NCBI GenBank assembly: GCA_028698175.1
Contig: JAQVDU010000001.1
Coordinates: forward strand, 1-58,987
Reading direction: 5' to 3'
From: a bacterium
GTDB taxonomy: Bacteria; Hydrothermota; 32-111
Length of the DNA: 58,987 nucleotides
This document shows, in pieces, positions 44,077-52,535 of the stretch. The notes under the pieces were generated by a model. That model did not search any database. It saw only the letters and a program-made list of their open reading frames with translations, and had not been told where the DNA came from. A program made the position numbers and the translations under genes. Within the stretch, counting starts at the first letter, position 1. Each line of letters starts with the position of its first letter.

Positions 44077-45879
44077 ATGATAAAGGAATTGACACTTTAT
44101 ATTGACGGAATAGAAGTCAAGGTGCCTGAGGGAGTGACTATTCTCGAAGCCGCCAAAAAGGTGAGCGTTGAGATTCCCACACTCTGCTACTATAAGGACC
44201 TCACCCCCACGGGAAACTGCGGAATCTGCGTTGTCGAGGTTGAGGGCGTGGGAACGCTCAAGAGGGCATGCTGCACTCCGGCGACTGACAAGATGAAGAT
44301 ACACACGAACACGAAGCAGGTTCTCGATGCGAGAAAAACCGTGATGGAGCTGATTCTCTCCAACCACCCGAATGACTGTCTTCAGTGCTACAGAAACCAA
44401 AACTGCGAACTTCAGACAATGGCTGAAAAGCTCGGAGTCACAGAGCTTCCGTTCAAAAGATTTGACAGGGATATGCCGCTTGATGACAAGGGATTCATAA
44501 TAAGGGATTCAAACAAGTGCATACTCTGCGGAAGGTGCATACAGGCGTGCCAGAACATACAGACCGTCTATGCTATAGATTTCATAAACAGGGGATACGA
44601 CACGAAGATGTCAACATTCATGGACATGCCCCTAAATGACTCCACCTGCACCAACTGCGGACAGTGCGTCGCAGTGTGCCCTGTCGGAGCGCTTTATGAG
44701 AAGAGCTCTATAGACGAGGTGTGGGCGGCGATAAACGACCCGACAAAGCATGTCGTGGTTCAGGAAGCGCCTGCAGTGAGAGTCGCGATAGGAGAAGAGT
44801 TCGGAATGGCAGAGGGTACGGTCTCATCCGGAAGGATGCACACTGCATTAAGAAGAATGGGATTTGACAGGGTCTTTGACACCAACTTCACTGCAGACCT
44901 GACAATCATGGAAGAGGGAACAGAAGTGATAGGCAAAGTAATAAAGGCTTTGACAACAGGAGAAATAGGAAAGCACCTTCCAGTCATAACTTCATGCTCG
45001 CCCGGATGGATAAAGTTCATGGAGACATTCTTCGCGGATTTAAGGGAGCACATCTCAACGGCAAAGTCGCCCCAGCAGATGTTCGGACCCCTCGCAAAGA
45101 CATACTATGCTGAGAAAGAGAAGATTGACCCGAAGAACATTGTCTCGGTCTCAATAATGCCGTGCACTGCTAAGAAATACGAAGCGGCCCGTCCGGAGAT
45201 GAATGCAAGCGGTTATCAGGACGTGGATCATGTTCTTACTACAAGAGAATTCGCAAAGATGATTCGCCAGTCGGGAATCGACTTCAAGAACCTTCCCGAG
45301 GAAGAGGCGGATGAACTCATGGGATTCTACACCGGAGCGGCGACAATATTCGGAGCAACGGGCGGAGTGATGGAAGCGGCTCTAAGGACTGTCTGGTTTG
45401 TACTCTCAGGCAAAGAGATGGACAACTATGACATAAAACTTGTGAGAGGAATGGACGGAGTGAAAGAGGGAGTCGTAGAGGTTCCGCTCTCAGAGGCAAA
45501 TGCAAAGGCGCTCAATATGAAGGTTCTGCCGGTTAAGGTGGCGGTTGCCCACGGACTTTCAAATGCAAGAAAGCTTCTCACAAAGGTTGCGACACAGCTT
45601 AAGGAGAAGGGCGCGTCAGAGTACCACTTCATAGAGATAATGGCATGCCCCGGCGGGTGCGTCGGCGGCGGCGGACAGCCTTATGCATGCGAATATGCGG
45701 CAAGGGCGAGAAGGGCTGACGGACTCTACAAAGAAGACAAAGAGATGGTCAAAGTGCGCGCATCGCACAACAATCCGATGGTTCAGAAGATCTACAAGGA
45801 TTTCCTCGGCGAACCCAATTCGCACAAAGCGCACAAACTTCTCCACACAAAGTACGTGGACAGGTCTGACCTCGTATAA
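44077..45879 (+). CDS. hydA: [FeFe]-hydrogenase catalytic subunit HydA (M3-type: 2Fe-2S, His-ligated 4Fe-4S, 2x 4Fe-4S, H-domain)
   Basis: CILCGRCIQAC / CTNCGQCVAVCP. H-cluster motifs TSCSPGW, MPCTAKKYE and EIMACPGGCVGGGGQP. Confidence 0.85.
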   Translation: MIKELTLYIDGIEVKVPEGVTILEAAKKVSVEIPTLCYYKDLTPTGNCGICVVEVEGVGTLKRACCTPATDKMKIHTNTKQVLDARKTVMELILSNHPNDCLQCYRNQNCELQTMAEKLGVTELPFKRFDRDMPLDDKGFIIRDSNKCILCGRCIQACQNIQTVYAIDFINRGYDTKMSTFMDMPLNDSTCTNCGQCVAVCPVGALYEKSSIDEVWAAINDPTKHVVVQEAPAVRVAIGEEFGMAEGTVSSGRMHTALRRMGFDRVFDTNFTADLTIMEEGTEVIGKVIKALTTGEIGKHLPVITSCSPGWIKFMETFFADLREHISTAKSPQQMFGPLAKTYYAEKEKIDPKNIVSVSIMPCTAKKYEAARPEMNASGYQDVDHVLTTREFAKMIRQSGIDFKNLPEEEADELMGFYTGAATIFGATGGVMEAALRTVWFVLSGKEMDNYDIKLVRGMDGVKEGVVEVPLSEANAKALNMKVLPVKVAVAHGLSNARKLLTKVATQLKEKGASEYHFIEIMACPGGCVGGGGQPYACEYAARARRADGLYKEDKEMVKVRASHNNPMVQKIYKDFLGEPNSHKAHKLLHTKYVDRSDLV

Positions 45880-45904
45880 TAGCTGAATAAATTCTCGGAT
45901 AAAG

Positions 45905-45930
45905 GGCGGGCTTTATGCCCGCCTTTTTTA
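45905..45930 (+). terminator. Rho-independent terminator after hydA
   Basis: GGCGGGC-TTTAT-GCCCGCC followed by TTTTTTA. Confidence 0.85.
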
Positions 45931-45938
45931 TTCGGGTA

Positions 45939-45967
45939 TTGACTTTTAACTCTTTAATTCTTATATT
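45939..45967 (+). promoter_or_regulatory. Candidate promoter (TTGACT, 17-nt spacer, TATATT)
   Basis: Hexamers read directly upstream of ATG 45974. Confidence 0.5.
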
Positions 45968-45973
45968 TGATTA

Positions 45974-48136
45974 ATGAAAAAATCTATTCTCTTGTCATTC
46001 ATTGTTATATTCTGTCTTATATTGTTTCCGCGCGAAATCGTAAAAATATCGTACGATGATTTTCTGAGAATAAAGGATTCAGTGCGCGACCTTGACATAG
46101 TCGGATATCAAAAAGAAAACTTTGTTGAGCTAAACCTGAGCTTATATCAGGCAAGTGAAATGAAAAGAATGGGAATAGATATGCAAAGCTCTACCAAGAG
46201 CGACTCAAAGGGCGAGTACCTCACTCTTGAAGAATACTACCATCTCCTCGATTCACTCGCTTTAAAGTATGATTCTATTTGCTCTCTTGAAACCCTCGGA
46301 TTCACCTATAACAACAGACCTCTTGTAATAATGAAGATAAACGGAGTAAATCCCGACGAATATCAGGGGCAGAATGCATTTCTTCTGATGGCTGAGCATC
46401 ACGCAAGGGAGTGGCAGACGATACCTCTCGCCTTTTTCTTCGCCGAATCCCTTATGGCGTCATTCGAAAGCGATTCTGCAGTGGCAGGCCTTCTCAATTC
46501 AAACTTCATAGTCGTTTATCCGATGGTCAATCCCGACGGATACCATTATTCGCACGACGACTTTTCGGGAGACAATTACTGGAGGAAGAACCGCGCGTAC
46601 AGGGTGGGCAACTACGGAGTCGACCTTAACAGGAACTATGACGGGGGTTGCAACAGAAACATCTCATCCGACTGGGGATATCCTTCCGGAATATCATTAA
46701 ACCCGACAGACGAATACCTCTATGCAGGGCCATATCCTGCAAGCGAGGTTGAGACGAAGAGCGTCAAAAAACTGATAACAGATTATGATTTTAATATTTC
46801 AATTTCAGTCCATTCATATGCACAGGCTTTAATCTATCCGTGGGGCTCCCTATACTCTTCAACCGAGGATGATTCGCTCATCATATCTGTTGCCGAGAAG
46901 ATTGCAGGAGGGATGAGAACCAATGACGGTGTGACCACGTACGATTATTACCGCTCTGCTGAGATGTACCCGACGACAGGTGACAGCGATGACTGGATAT
47001 ACGGATGGACGAAGAGAGTAAAGGGAAAGACGACAATTCCATACACTCTTGAGGTTGACGTTTCATTCCAGCCCTCAACAGCCACCCTTGACTCTCTCTA
47101 CAGAAGATTGTACCCGGGTCTTTTAAAGGCGGCCTTTCTGTGCGATTCGGTTGAAGGAAATGCAAAGGAAATGCCGTTAAAGCCGGAACTTTCAATGTCC
47201 GGCGACGACTCACTCTTCTGGACGGGAGTCAACAAAGAAAATGCTGATTACTACACAATTTACATTGAGGATGCTCCGCAGTCAGTGACAGATTTTTACA
47301 ATGACACTTCAAAGTATGACTTCACCTATGCTTCGGTTGATTCGACAGAGTACTACTCTTCATTCGCATCTTTGCATCCGTGGAACGTCTCCGCGTCAGC
47401 ATCTGTCGTAAAACTGAGAGAGCGTATAAGGGTGAAGGAGAATGACTCACTCACCTTCTACATGAAGTATGATTTGAGCTCCAACAATGACTTTCTTTTT
47501 CCTGAGATATCAGAGGATGACAACCTCTATAAGCCGATAGACACGCTTGCGAGATATACCGGAACCGACGCGACCTGGAAGAGGTACGCAATCAATCTTG
47601 ACGACTGGGTGGGCAAGGATGTCTATATAAGGTTCAGAGCTCTCTTTTCAGGATATCCGTCTTCTTTCGGAGTCTATATAGACAATGTAGATCCCGTCAC
47701 CGACTCGACATTCACGAGTGAGTTCGCCTCAGGAGTCACTGACACCTTCATTGAGCTCACCTTTGACCCTTACGCATCAGACAATTATCTCTCTGTTCTT
47801 CCGCATGCTCCTCTTTTCGGCAACACAGTAAATTCCAAAAGGTTCATGGTAGGCATTGCTGGTCTCTATCCATCTATAAAGGACACAACCAAACTCGATG
47901 AGATGAAGATCTATTTTGACGCAAAGGCAAAGATTCTCAACCTGAAAATCTTTTCCAATGACGAGCAGGAGATAAAGTTCAAGGTAGTAAGGGCTGACGG
48001 AGCTATACTTCTTTGCAGAACGATAACAGCCCAGAGAGAAGCATCCGTTGACGTCTCATTCCTCAAAAGCGGAAAGTATTTCGTGACCGCAGATGGGAAA
48101 AAGACGACAAAGAGCGGATTCATGCTCATAAAGTAG
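45974..48136 (+). CDS. Secreted M14 zinc carboxypeptidase with a T9SS C-terminal sorting domain
   Basis: MAEHHAREWQT, NPDGYHYS, WRKNR and VDLNRNY. Tail is GKYFVTADGKKTTKSGFMLIK. Confidence 0.8.
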   Translation: MKKSILLSFIVIFCLILFPREIVKISYDDFLRIKDSVRDLDIVGYQKENFVELNLSLYQASEMKRMGIDMQSSTKSDSKGEYLTLEEYYHLLDSLALKYDSICSLETLGFTYNNRPLVIMKINGVNPDEYQGQNAFLLMAEHHAREWQTIPLAFFFAESLMASFESDSAVAGLLNSNFIVVYPMVNPDGYHYSHDDFSGDNYWRKNRAYRVGNYGVDLNRNYDGGCNRNISSDWGYPSGISLNPTDEYLYAGPYPASEVETKSVKKLITDYDFNISISVHSYAQALIYPWGSLYSSTEDDSLIISVAEKIAGGMRTNDGVTTYDYYRSAEMYPTTGDSDDWIYGWTKRVKGKTTIPYTLEVDVSFQPSTATLDSLYRRLYPGLLKAAFLCDSVEGNAKEMPLKPELSMSGDDSLFWTGVNKENADYYTIYIEDAPQSVTDFYNDTSKYDFTYASVDSTEYYSSFASLHPWNVSASASVVKLRERIRVKENDSLTFYMKYDLSSNNDFLFPEISEDDNLYKPIDTLARYTGTDATWKRYAINLDDWVGKDVYIRFRALFSGYPSSFGVYIDNVDPVTDSTFTSEFASGVTDTFIELTFDPYASDNYLSVLPHAPLFGNTVNSKRFMVGIAGLYPSIKDTTKLDEMKIYFDAKAKILNLKIFSNDEQEIKFKVVRADGAILLCRTITAQREASVDVSFLKSGKYFVTADGKKTTKSGFMLIK

Positions 48137-49417
48137 ATGACAGAGGAGAGAGTAAGAGTCATAGGAGGAGGATTTGCCGGAAGCGAAGCGGCGATAGCAT
48201 TGTCAAACCTCGGGGTTCCGGTTCTTCTCATAGAGAGAAGGCCTGACGAAAAGTTGTTTCACTTCAACAACTCGGGAAATTTCGCCTACCCCGTCTGTTC
48301 AAACTCATTCAAGTCGGTGCAGATGCAGAATGGTCACGGTCTTTTGAAGGCAGAGCTCTCTGTTATGAGAAGCTCTCTTTTAAAGCATGCGCGAAAGAGC
48401 AGAGTGAAGGCGGGAAAGGCGCTGGCTGTTGACAGGGATGAGTTTTCTCTCCTTGTGACGCGGGATATTTCAAACAGGAAGAATATAGTTGTAGAGAGGA
48501 GAGTCGCCGATGAGGATGATTTGAAGGGAAGAGCGATAATCGCTACAGGGCCATTCACTTCAGAGAATATCCTTGAATGCATTAAAAATCTTGCCGGGCA
48601 GAAACATTACTCCTTCATCGACTCTGTATCGCCCATTCTCTTAGCGGAATCTGTCAATATGGAAAAGTGCTTCACAGCCTCAAGGTACAATGAGGGCAAT
48701 GACTATATCAACTGCCCCATGACAAAGGATGAGTTTAATGTTTTCTATGACGAGCTTTTAAAGGCGGAGAGGTCAGGGTATGATGAGACGGACAAGGAGG
48801 AGTTCTTCTCAGGGTGCATGCCCTTTGAGGAGGTCGCCCGTTACGGCAGAAGGGCTCTTGTCTTTGGGATTATGAAGCCGGTGGGTTTCGACAAAAAATA
48901 CTATGCCGTGGTTCAGCTGAGAAGAGAGAACAGAGAAGGGACGATGCTCAACATGGTTGGGTTTCAGACTCGGCTAAAGTGGGGGGAACAGGAGAGGATA
49001 GTGAGGATGATACCGGGGCTTGAGAAAGCAGAGATACTCAGGTACGGAGTGATGCATAAAAATCCGTATGTTGATTCACCCTCTGTTTTGAATGAGAATC
49101 TTGAATTCAAAAACAGAAAGAACCTCTATCTCGCGGGACAGCTGACCGGCTCTGAGGGGTACATGGAGGCAACTCTTACGGGAATCTACGTTGCTCTCTC
49201 CGTCTTCTCAAAAATAAAGAAGAGAGAGATGACCCTCCCGCCTGAGACGACAATGTCCGGCTCTCTTTTAAGGTATCTTTTAAAGAGCGAAAAGAAGATA
49301 AATCCGATGAATGCCAACTTCGGTTTGCTGAAAGATTACTCAAAAAAAAACAAACTCTTCTATGCGAAGAGGGCTTTGAAGGATATCTGGGAGTGGTACA
49401 ATGAGAGAACACTCTGA
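48137..49417 (+). CDS. trmFO: Methylenetetrahydrofolate--tRNA-(uracil-5-)-methyltransferase TrmFO
   Basis: VIGGGFAGSEAA FAD motif, ..CSNSFKS.., and Gid/TrmFO length and layout. Confidence 0.8.
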   Translation: MTEERVRVIGGGFAGSEAAIALSNLGVPVLLIERRPDEKLFHFNNSGNFAYPVCSNSFKSVQMQNGHGLLKAELSVMRSSLLKHARKSRVKAGKALAVDRDEFSLLVTRDISNRKNIVVERRVADEDDLKGRAIIATGPFTSENILECIKNLAGQKHYSFIDSVSPILLAESVNMEKCFTASRYNEGNDYINCPMTKDEFNVFYDELLKAERSGYDETDKEEFFSGCMPFEEVARYGRRALVFGIMKPVGFDKKYYAVVQLRRENREGTMLNMVGFQTRLKWGEQERIVRMIPGLEKAEILRYGVMHKNPYVDSPSVLNENLEFKNRKNLYLAGQLTGSEGYMEATLTGIYVALSVFSKIKKREMTLPPETTMSGSLLRYLLKSEKKINPMNANFGLLKDYSKKNKLFYAKRALKDIWEWYNERTL

Positions 49418-50270
49418 AAATTTCTTAAACTACATAAGAGTCCAGAAAAAATACTCTGAGATGACCCAGAAATCATACTCCATAGACCTTGAACAGTTTC
49501 TTGAGTTTCTTCAAAACGAAAAAATAGATTCCATAGAGCAGGTTGACAAGCGCACTGTGAGGATGTTCATCTCCTATCTCTCAGAGAGCGGGATGAAGAA
49601 ACGCTCCATATCAAGAAAGGTTGCAACTCTCAAATCATTCTTCAAGTTTCTTTCAAGAGAGGGGATAGTCAAAAAGAATCCGATGACACTGATAAAGACT
49701 CCTTCATTTGAAAAGAAGCTCCCTGTCTTCGTCTCTGTTGACATAATGAACAGGTTCCTCGACTCAATGAAGAAAAACACATTCCTTGAAATGCGAGACC
49801 GGCTGATATTTGAGATGCTATATGCCACTGGGATGAGGTCTAATGAACTCGTATCACTCGACGTAGATGATGTCCTGAAAAAAGAGATGACAGTGAAGAT
49901 AAAACACGCAAAGGGAGGCAAGGAGAGGCACGTTCCCTTTAATGAACCGACCAAAGAGATTCTTGAAAGCTACCTCTCCCTCAGGAATTCGACTGATAAG
50001 GCGCTTATCGTCTCTCTAAGGGGTCACCGTCTGGACAACAGGGCAGTGAGGAGGATAATAAAAAAGAGGATAATTGATTTCGCAGAGATCTCAAACATAT
50101 CTCCCCACACGCTGAGGCACACCTTTGCAACACACATGCTTAACAACGGAGCAGACATAAGGGTTGTTCAAGAGCTTTTAGGCCACTCTTCTATAGGAAC
50201 AACTCAGATTTACACCCATACGTCGGTAGAGCGCCTCATAGACGTTTATAAAAAATCCCACCAGCGCTGA
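49401..50270 (+). CDS. xerC: Tyrosine recombinase XerC/XerD family
   Basis: ATGMRSNEL, HTLRHTFATH and LGHSSIGTTQIYTH (R-H-R-Y catalytic set). Overlaps trmFO by 17 nt. Confidence 0.8.
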   Translation: MREHSENFLNYIRVQKKYSEMTQKSYSIDLEQFLEFLQNEKIDSIEQVDKRTVRMFISYLSESGMKKRSISRKVATLKSFFKFLSREGIVKKNPMTLIKTPSFEKKLPVFVSVDIMNRFLDSMKKNTFLEMRDRLIFEMLYATGMRSNELVSLDVDDVLKKEMTVKIKHAKGGKERHVPFNEPTKEILESYLSLRNSTDKALIVSLRGHRLDNRAVRRIIKKRIIDFAEISNISPHTLRHTFATHMLNNGADIRVVQELLGHSSIGTTQIYTHTSVERLIDVYKKSHQR

Positions 50271-50370
50271 ATAGTTTTTAAACCCCCGACTTTTTTTAGC
50301 CGATTAATATGATTTTTGGGTATTGACATAAATATATGAGAATGTTATATTGAGTCAATAAGGAGGCAGA

Positions 50371-51513
50371 ATGAATAATAAAATCGGCGAAAGAATCAGA
50401 AGGGAGAGAGAGCTTGCGGGACTTAATCAGAAGGAGCTTTCAAAGAAAGCGGGGATAACGAATTATCAGACGCTTTTGAAGATGGAGCGGGGGGAGAGAA
50501 GGATAACCATAAAAGACATATCTGCGATAGCGAAGGCATTGAATCTCACAGCCGACTATTTCATCTGCACGAATGAGAGACCTTCGTACCCTGTTCTTTG
50601 GAAAGGCATGAAGAGCAGAAAGGAGTGCAGGGTCTTTGAGAACAAGCTGACAAAATACACTGACAGGTATTTTCATCTCAATGACATTCTCGGCATAAAG
50701 GTGAATGCCTTTCACCCCCTTTCATCAAGGGAGTTCTCGGAGAAATACTCGCCCTATCTTGACAGCGAGAGGATAAATCTTATTTCCAAGCTTGCCGAGG
50801 ATTTTATAAGGGACTTCAACCTCGGCGACTATCCGGCTGATTCGCTTATGAATGCAATCACAGAGAAGGGCATCATCGTCTTCTCTTTTAAAATGTATGA
50901 TGCGGGTTTAGCCGCCTGCTATGTCTCCAACAGGGGAGCGTCAATACTTCTAAACAAGGAGGAGAATCCGTGGTCGATTTACTGCAACATATGCCATGAG
51001 ATATACCACATTCTCACATGGGGCATAAGCGATTTTAAAATGCATGACTACTCGCTCAATACTGATGACATAGAGGAAAAGTTCGCGGACGAATTCGCCG
51101 CGCGCCTTCTCATACCGGAGACGACCATAAGAAGGGAGATGAACAAGCTTGAATCAACTGAGGATTTCGACGACCTTCTTCTTTCAAGCCTGGCAGTCAA
51201 ATTCAAAGTGCCGACCGACATGCTTCTTGAGAGGATAGAATCGCTCAAGCTTGTCGAACGCAAAAGAATAGCAAAAATGCGCGATTTAAAGACTAAGAGC
51301 ATGGTGTGGAAGGACCTCATAAAAGATTGCCTCACTACAACAAACTTACAGACGGATGAAGAGTACGGGATGTCCTATATTATGCTTGCTTATTCTGCAT
51401 GGAAGAAGGGCAAACTTACCAAGATGAAGATGGCAGAATATCTTAACAAGAATGTTGGAGAGTTGGATTATTTCCTTGAGAAAAGAGGATTAGCCGATGA
51501 ACAGCATCAGTAA
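50371..51513 (+). CDS. Fused XRE-family HTH + ImmA/IrrE (M78) metallopeptidase domain protein
   Basis: HTH LNQKELSKKAGITNYQTLLKMERGER. HExxH as CHEIYHIL. FADEFAARLLIPE. Confidence 0.75.
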   Translation: MNNKIGERIRRERELAGLNQKELSKKAGITNYQTLLKMERGERRITIKDISAIAKALNLTADYFICTNERPSYPVLWKGMKSRKECRVFENKLTKYTDRYFHLNDILGIKVNAFHPLSSREFSEKYSPYLDSERINLISKLAEDFIRDFNLGDYPADSLMNAITEKGIIVFSFKMYDAGLAACYVSNRGASILLNKEENPWSIYCNICHEIYHILTWGISDFKMHDYSLNTDDIEEKFADEFAARLLIPETTIRREMNKLESTEDFDDLLLSSLAVKFKVPTDMLLERIESLKLVERKRIAKMRDLKTKSMVWKDLIKDCLTTTNLQTDEEYGMSYIMLAYSAWKKGKLTKMKMAEYLNKNVGELDYFLEKRGLADEQHQ

Positions 51514-52050
51514 TGAAAAATAAGAGGAAGCGAAAAGTACTTCTTGCCGATGCCTGCATGATTATTGATATGGCGAGGCATGATGCACTCGACTCTTTTT
51601 TTTGAATCAAACGATGTTCACGTCACGGAGCACCTTTTTTACGAATGCTCATACTTTCTCGACAGAAGAACCGGAGCAAAGAGCGAAATCAATCTTGAAA
51701 CGTTTTCAAGGAAAGGAATGATAAAGGTGGAAGAGATGCCGATAAGCGACATCACACAGGAGTTCGGAATGAAGCTTATTGCGTATGAAATAAATGAAGT
51801 CGAGATGGGTGACGGAGAGGTTGAGGCGCTCTCATTCATTTACGGGAAGAGGGATTTTCTGCTCTGCACCGGGGACGAAAAGGTCTTTAAATTCATGGCA
51901 TTTATGGGTCTTGAGGAGAATGCAGTTTCGCTTGAGGAATTGCTTGGTGAAATCAGGGGGTTGCCGATGAGATACTCGGAGTTGATAAAGACTCTTGGTA
52001 TAAAAGAGGGTCTTGAACTCAGAGAGAGTTTTCTGAAAAATCTAACCTGA
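51513..52050 (+). pseudogene. PIN-like domain gene interrupted by a +1 frameshift in a T8 run (51596-51603)
   Basis: ATG 51513 overlaps the upstream stop (TAATG). MKNKRKRKVLLADACMIIDMARHDALDSFF-stop. Removing one T joins it to ..ESNDVHVTEHLFYE..GDGEVEALSFIY..LLCTGDEKVFKF (acidic PIN-type positions). Confidence 0.6.
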
Positions 52051-52063
52051 CCGTGGAGAAAAA

Positions 52064-52528
52064 ATGGCAAAGCTGAAAAAAAACACAAAACTTGATTTCA
52101 AACAGAAATCCAACGAAACAAGCATGCAGGCGGGATACGAGTGGCTGATGAGGTATTCGGGAATAAAAACTTCGGAGAATTTCCAGAAAAAGTACTTTAC
52201 GCCGGAAGAATCCTTTGAGATTACATCGGAAAAGATTATGAAGGACTACCCTGAATTGAAGATTCGCGTAAAAATAGAGGAGGATGGAGGCAAAAAGATT
52301 GAGCGTATAAAAAAACTTATAGACGGCGGCACCCCGTGCCTTTTTGCATTGAACGTGGGAAGGGACAACTGGCATGTTTTTCCTGTTATCGGTTATGACG
52401 ATGACGCAAGAAAGCTGATTATGATTGAGCCGTCCGGAAGCGAGATAAAACTTGATTATGAGTATATAAAAGAGATACACAAAAAACACTCCCGCAACAT
52501 CGGTCATGAGGTGTCATGGATAGAATAG
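52064..52528 (+). CDS. Hypothetical 154-aa protein
   Basis: GGAG RBS. ..NWHVFPVIGYDDD.. is faintly reminiscent of papain-like folds, but no convincing nucleophile is present. Confidence 0.45.
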   Translation: MAKLKKNTKLDFKQKSNETSMQAGYEWLMRYSGIKTSENFQKKYFTPEESFEITSEKIMKDYPELKIRVKIEEDGGKKIERIKKLIDGGTPCLFALNVGRDNWHVFPVIGYDDDARKLIMIEPSGSEIKLDYEYIKEIHKKHSRNIGHEVSWIE

Positions 52529-52535
52529 AGTAAAA

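Noticed and set aside
49401-50270. XerC-like recombinase as the integrase of the adjacent island
   Set aside because: It overlaps trmFO in the conserved housekeeping trmFO-xerC arrangement and has core-like composition. It is more likely the chromosomal dimer-resolution recombinase.
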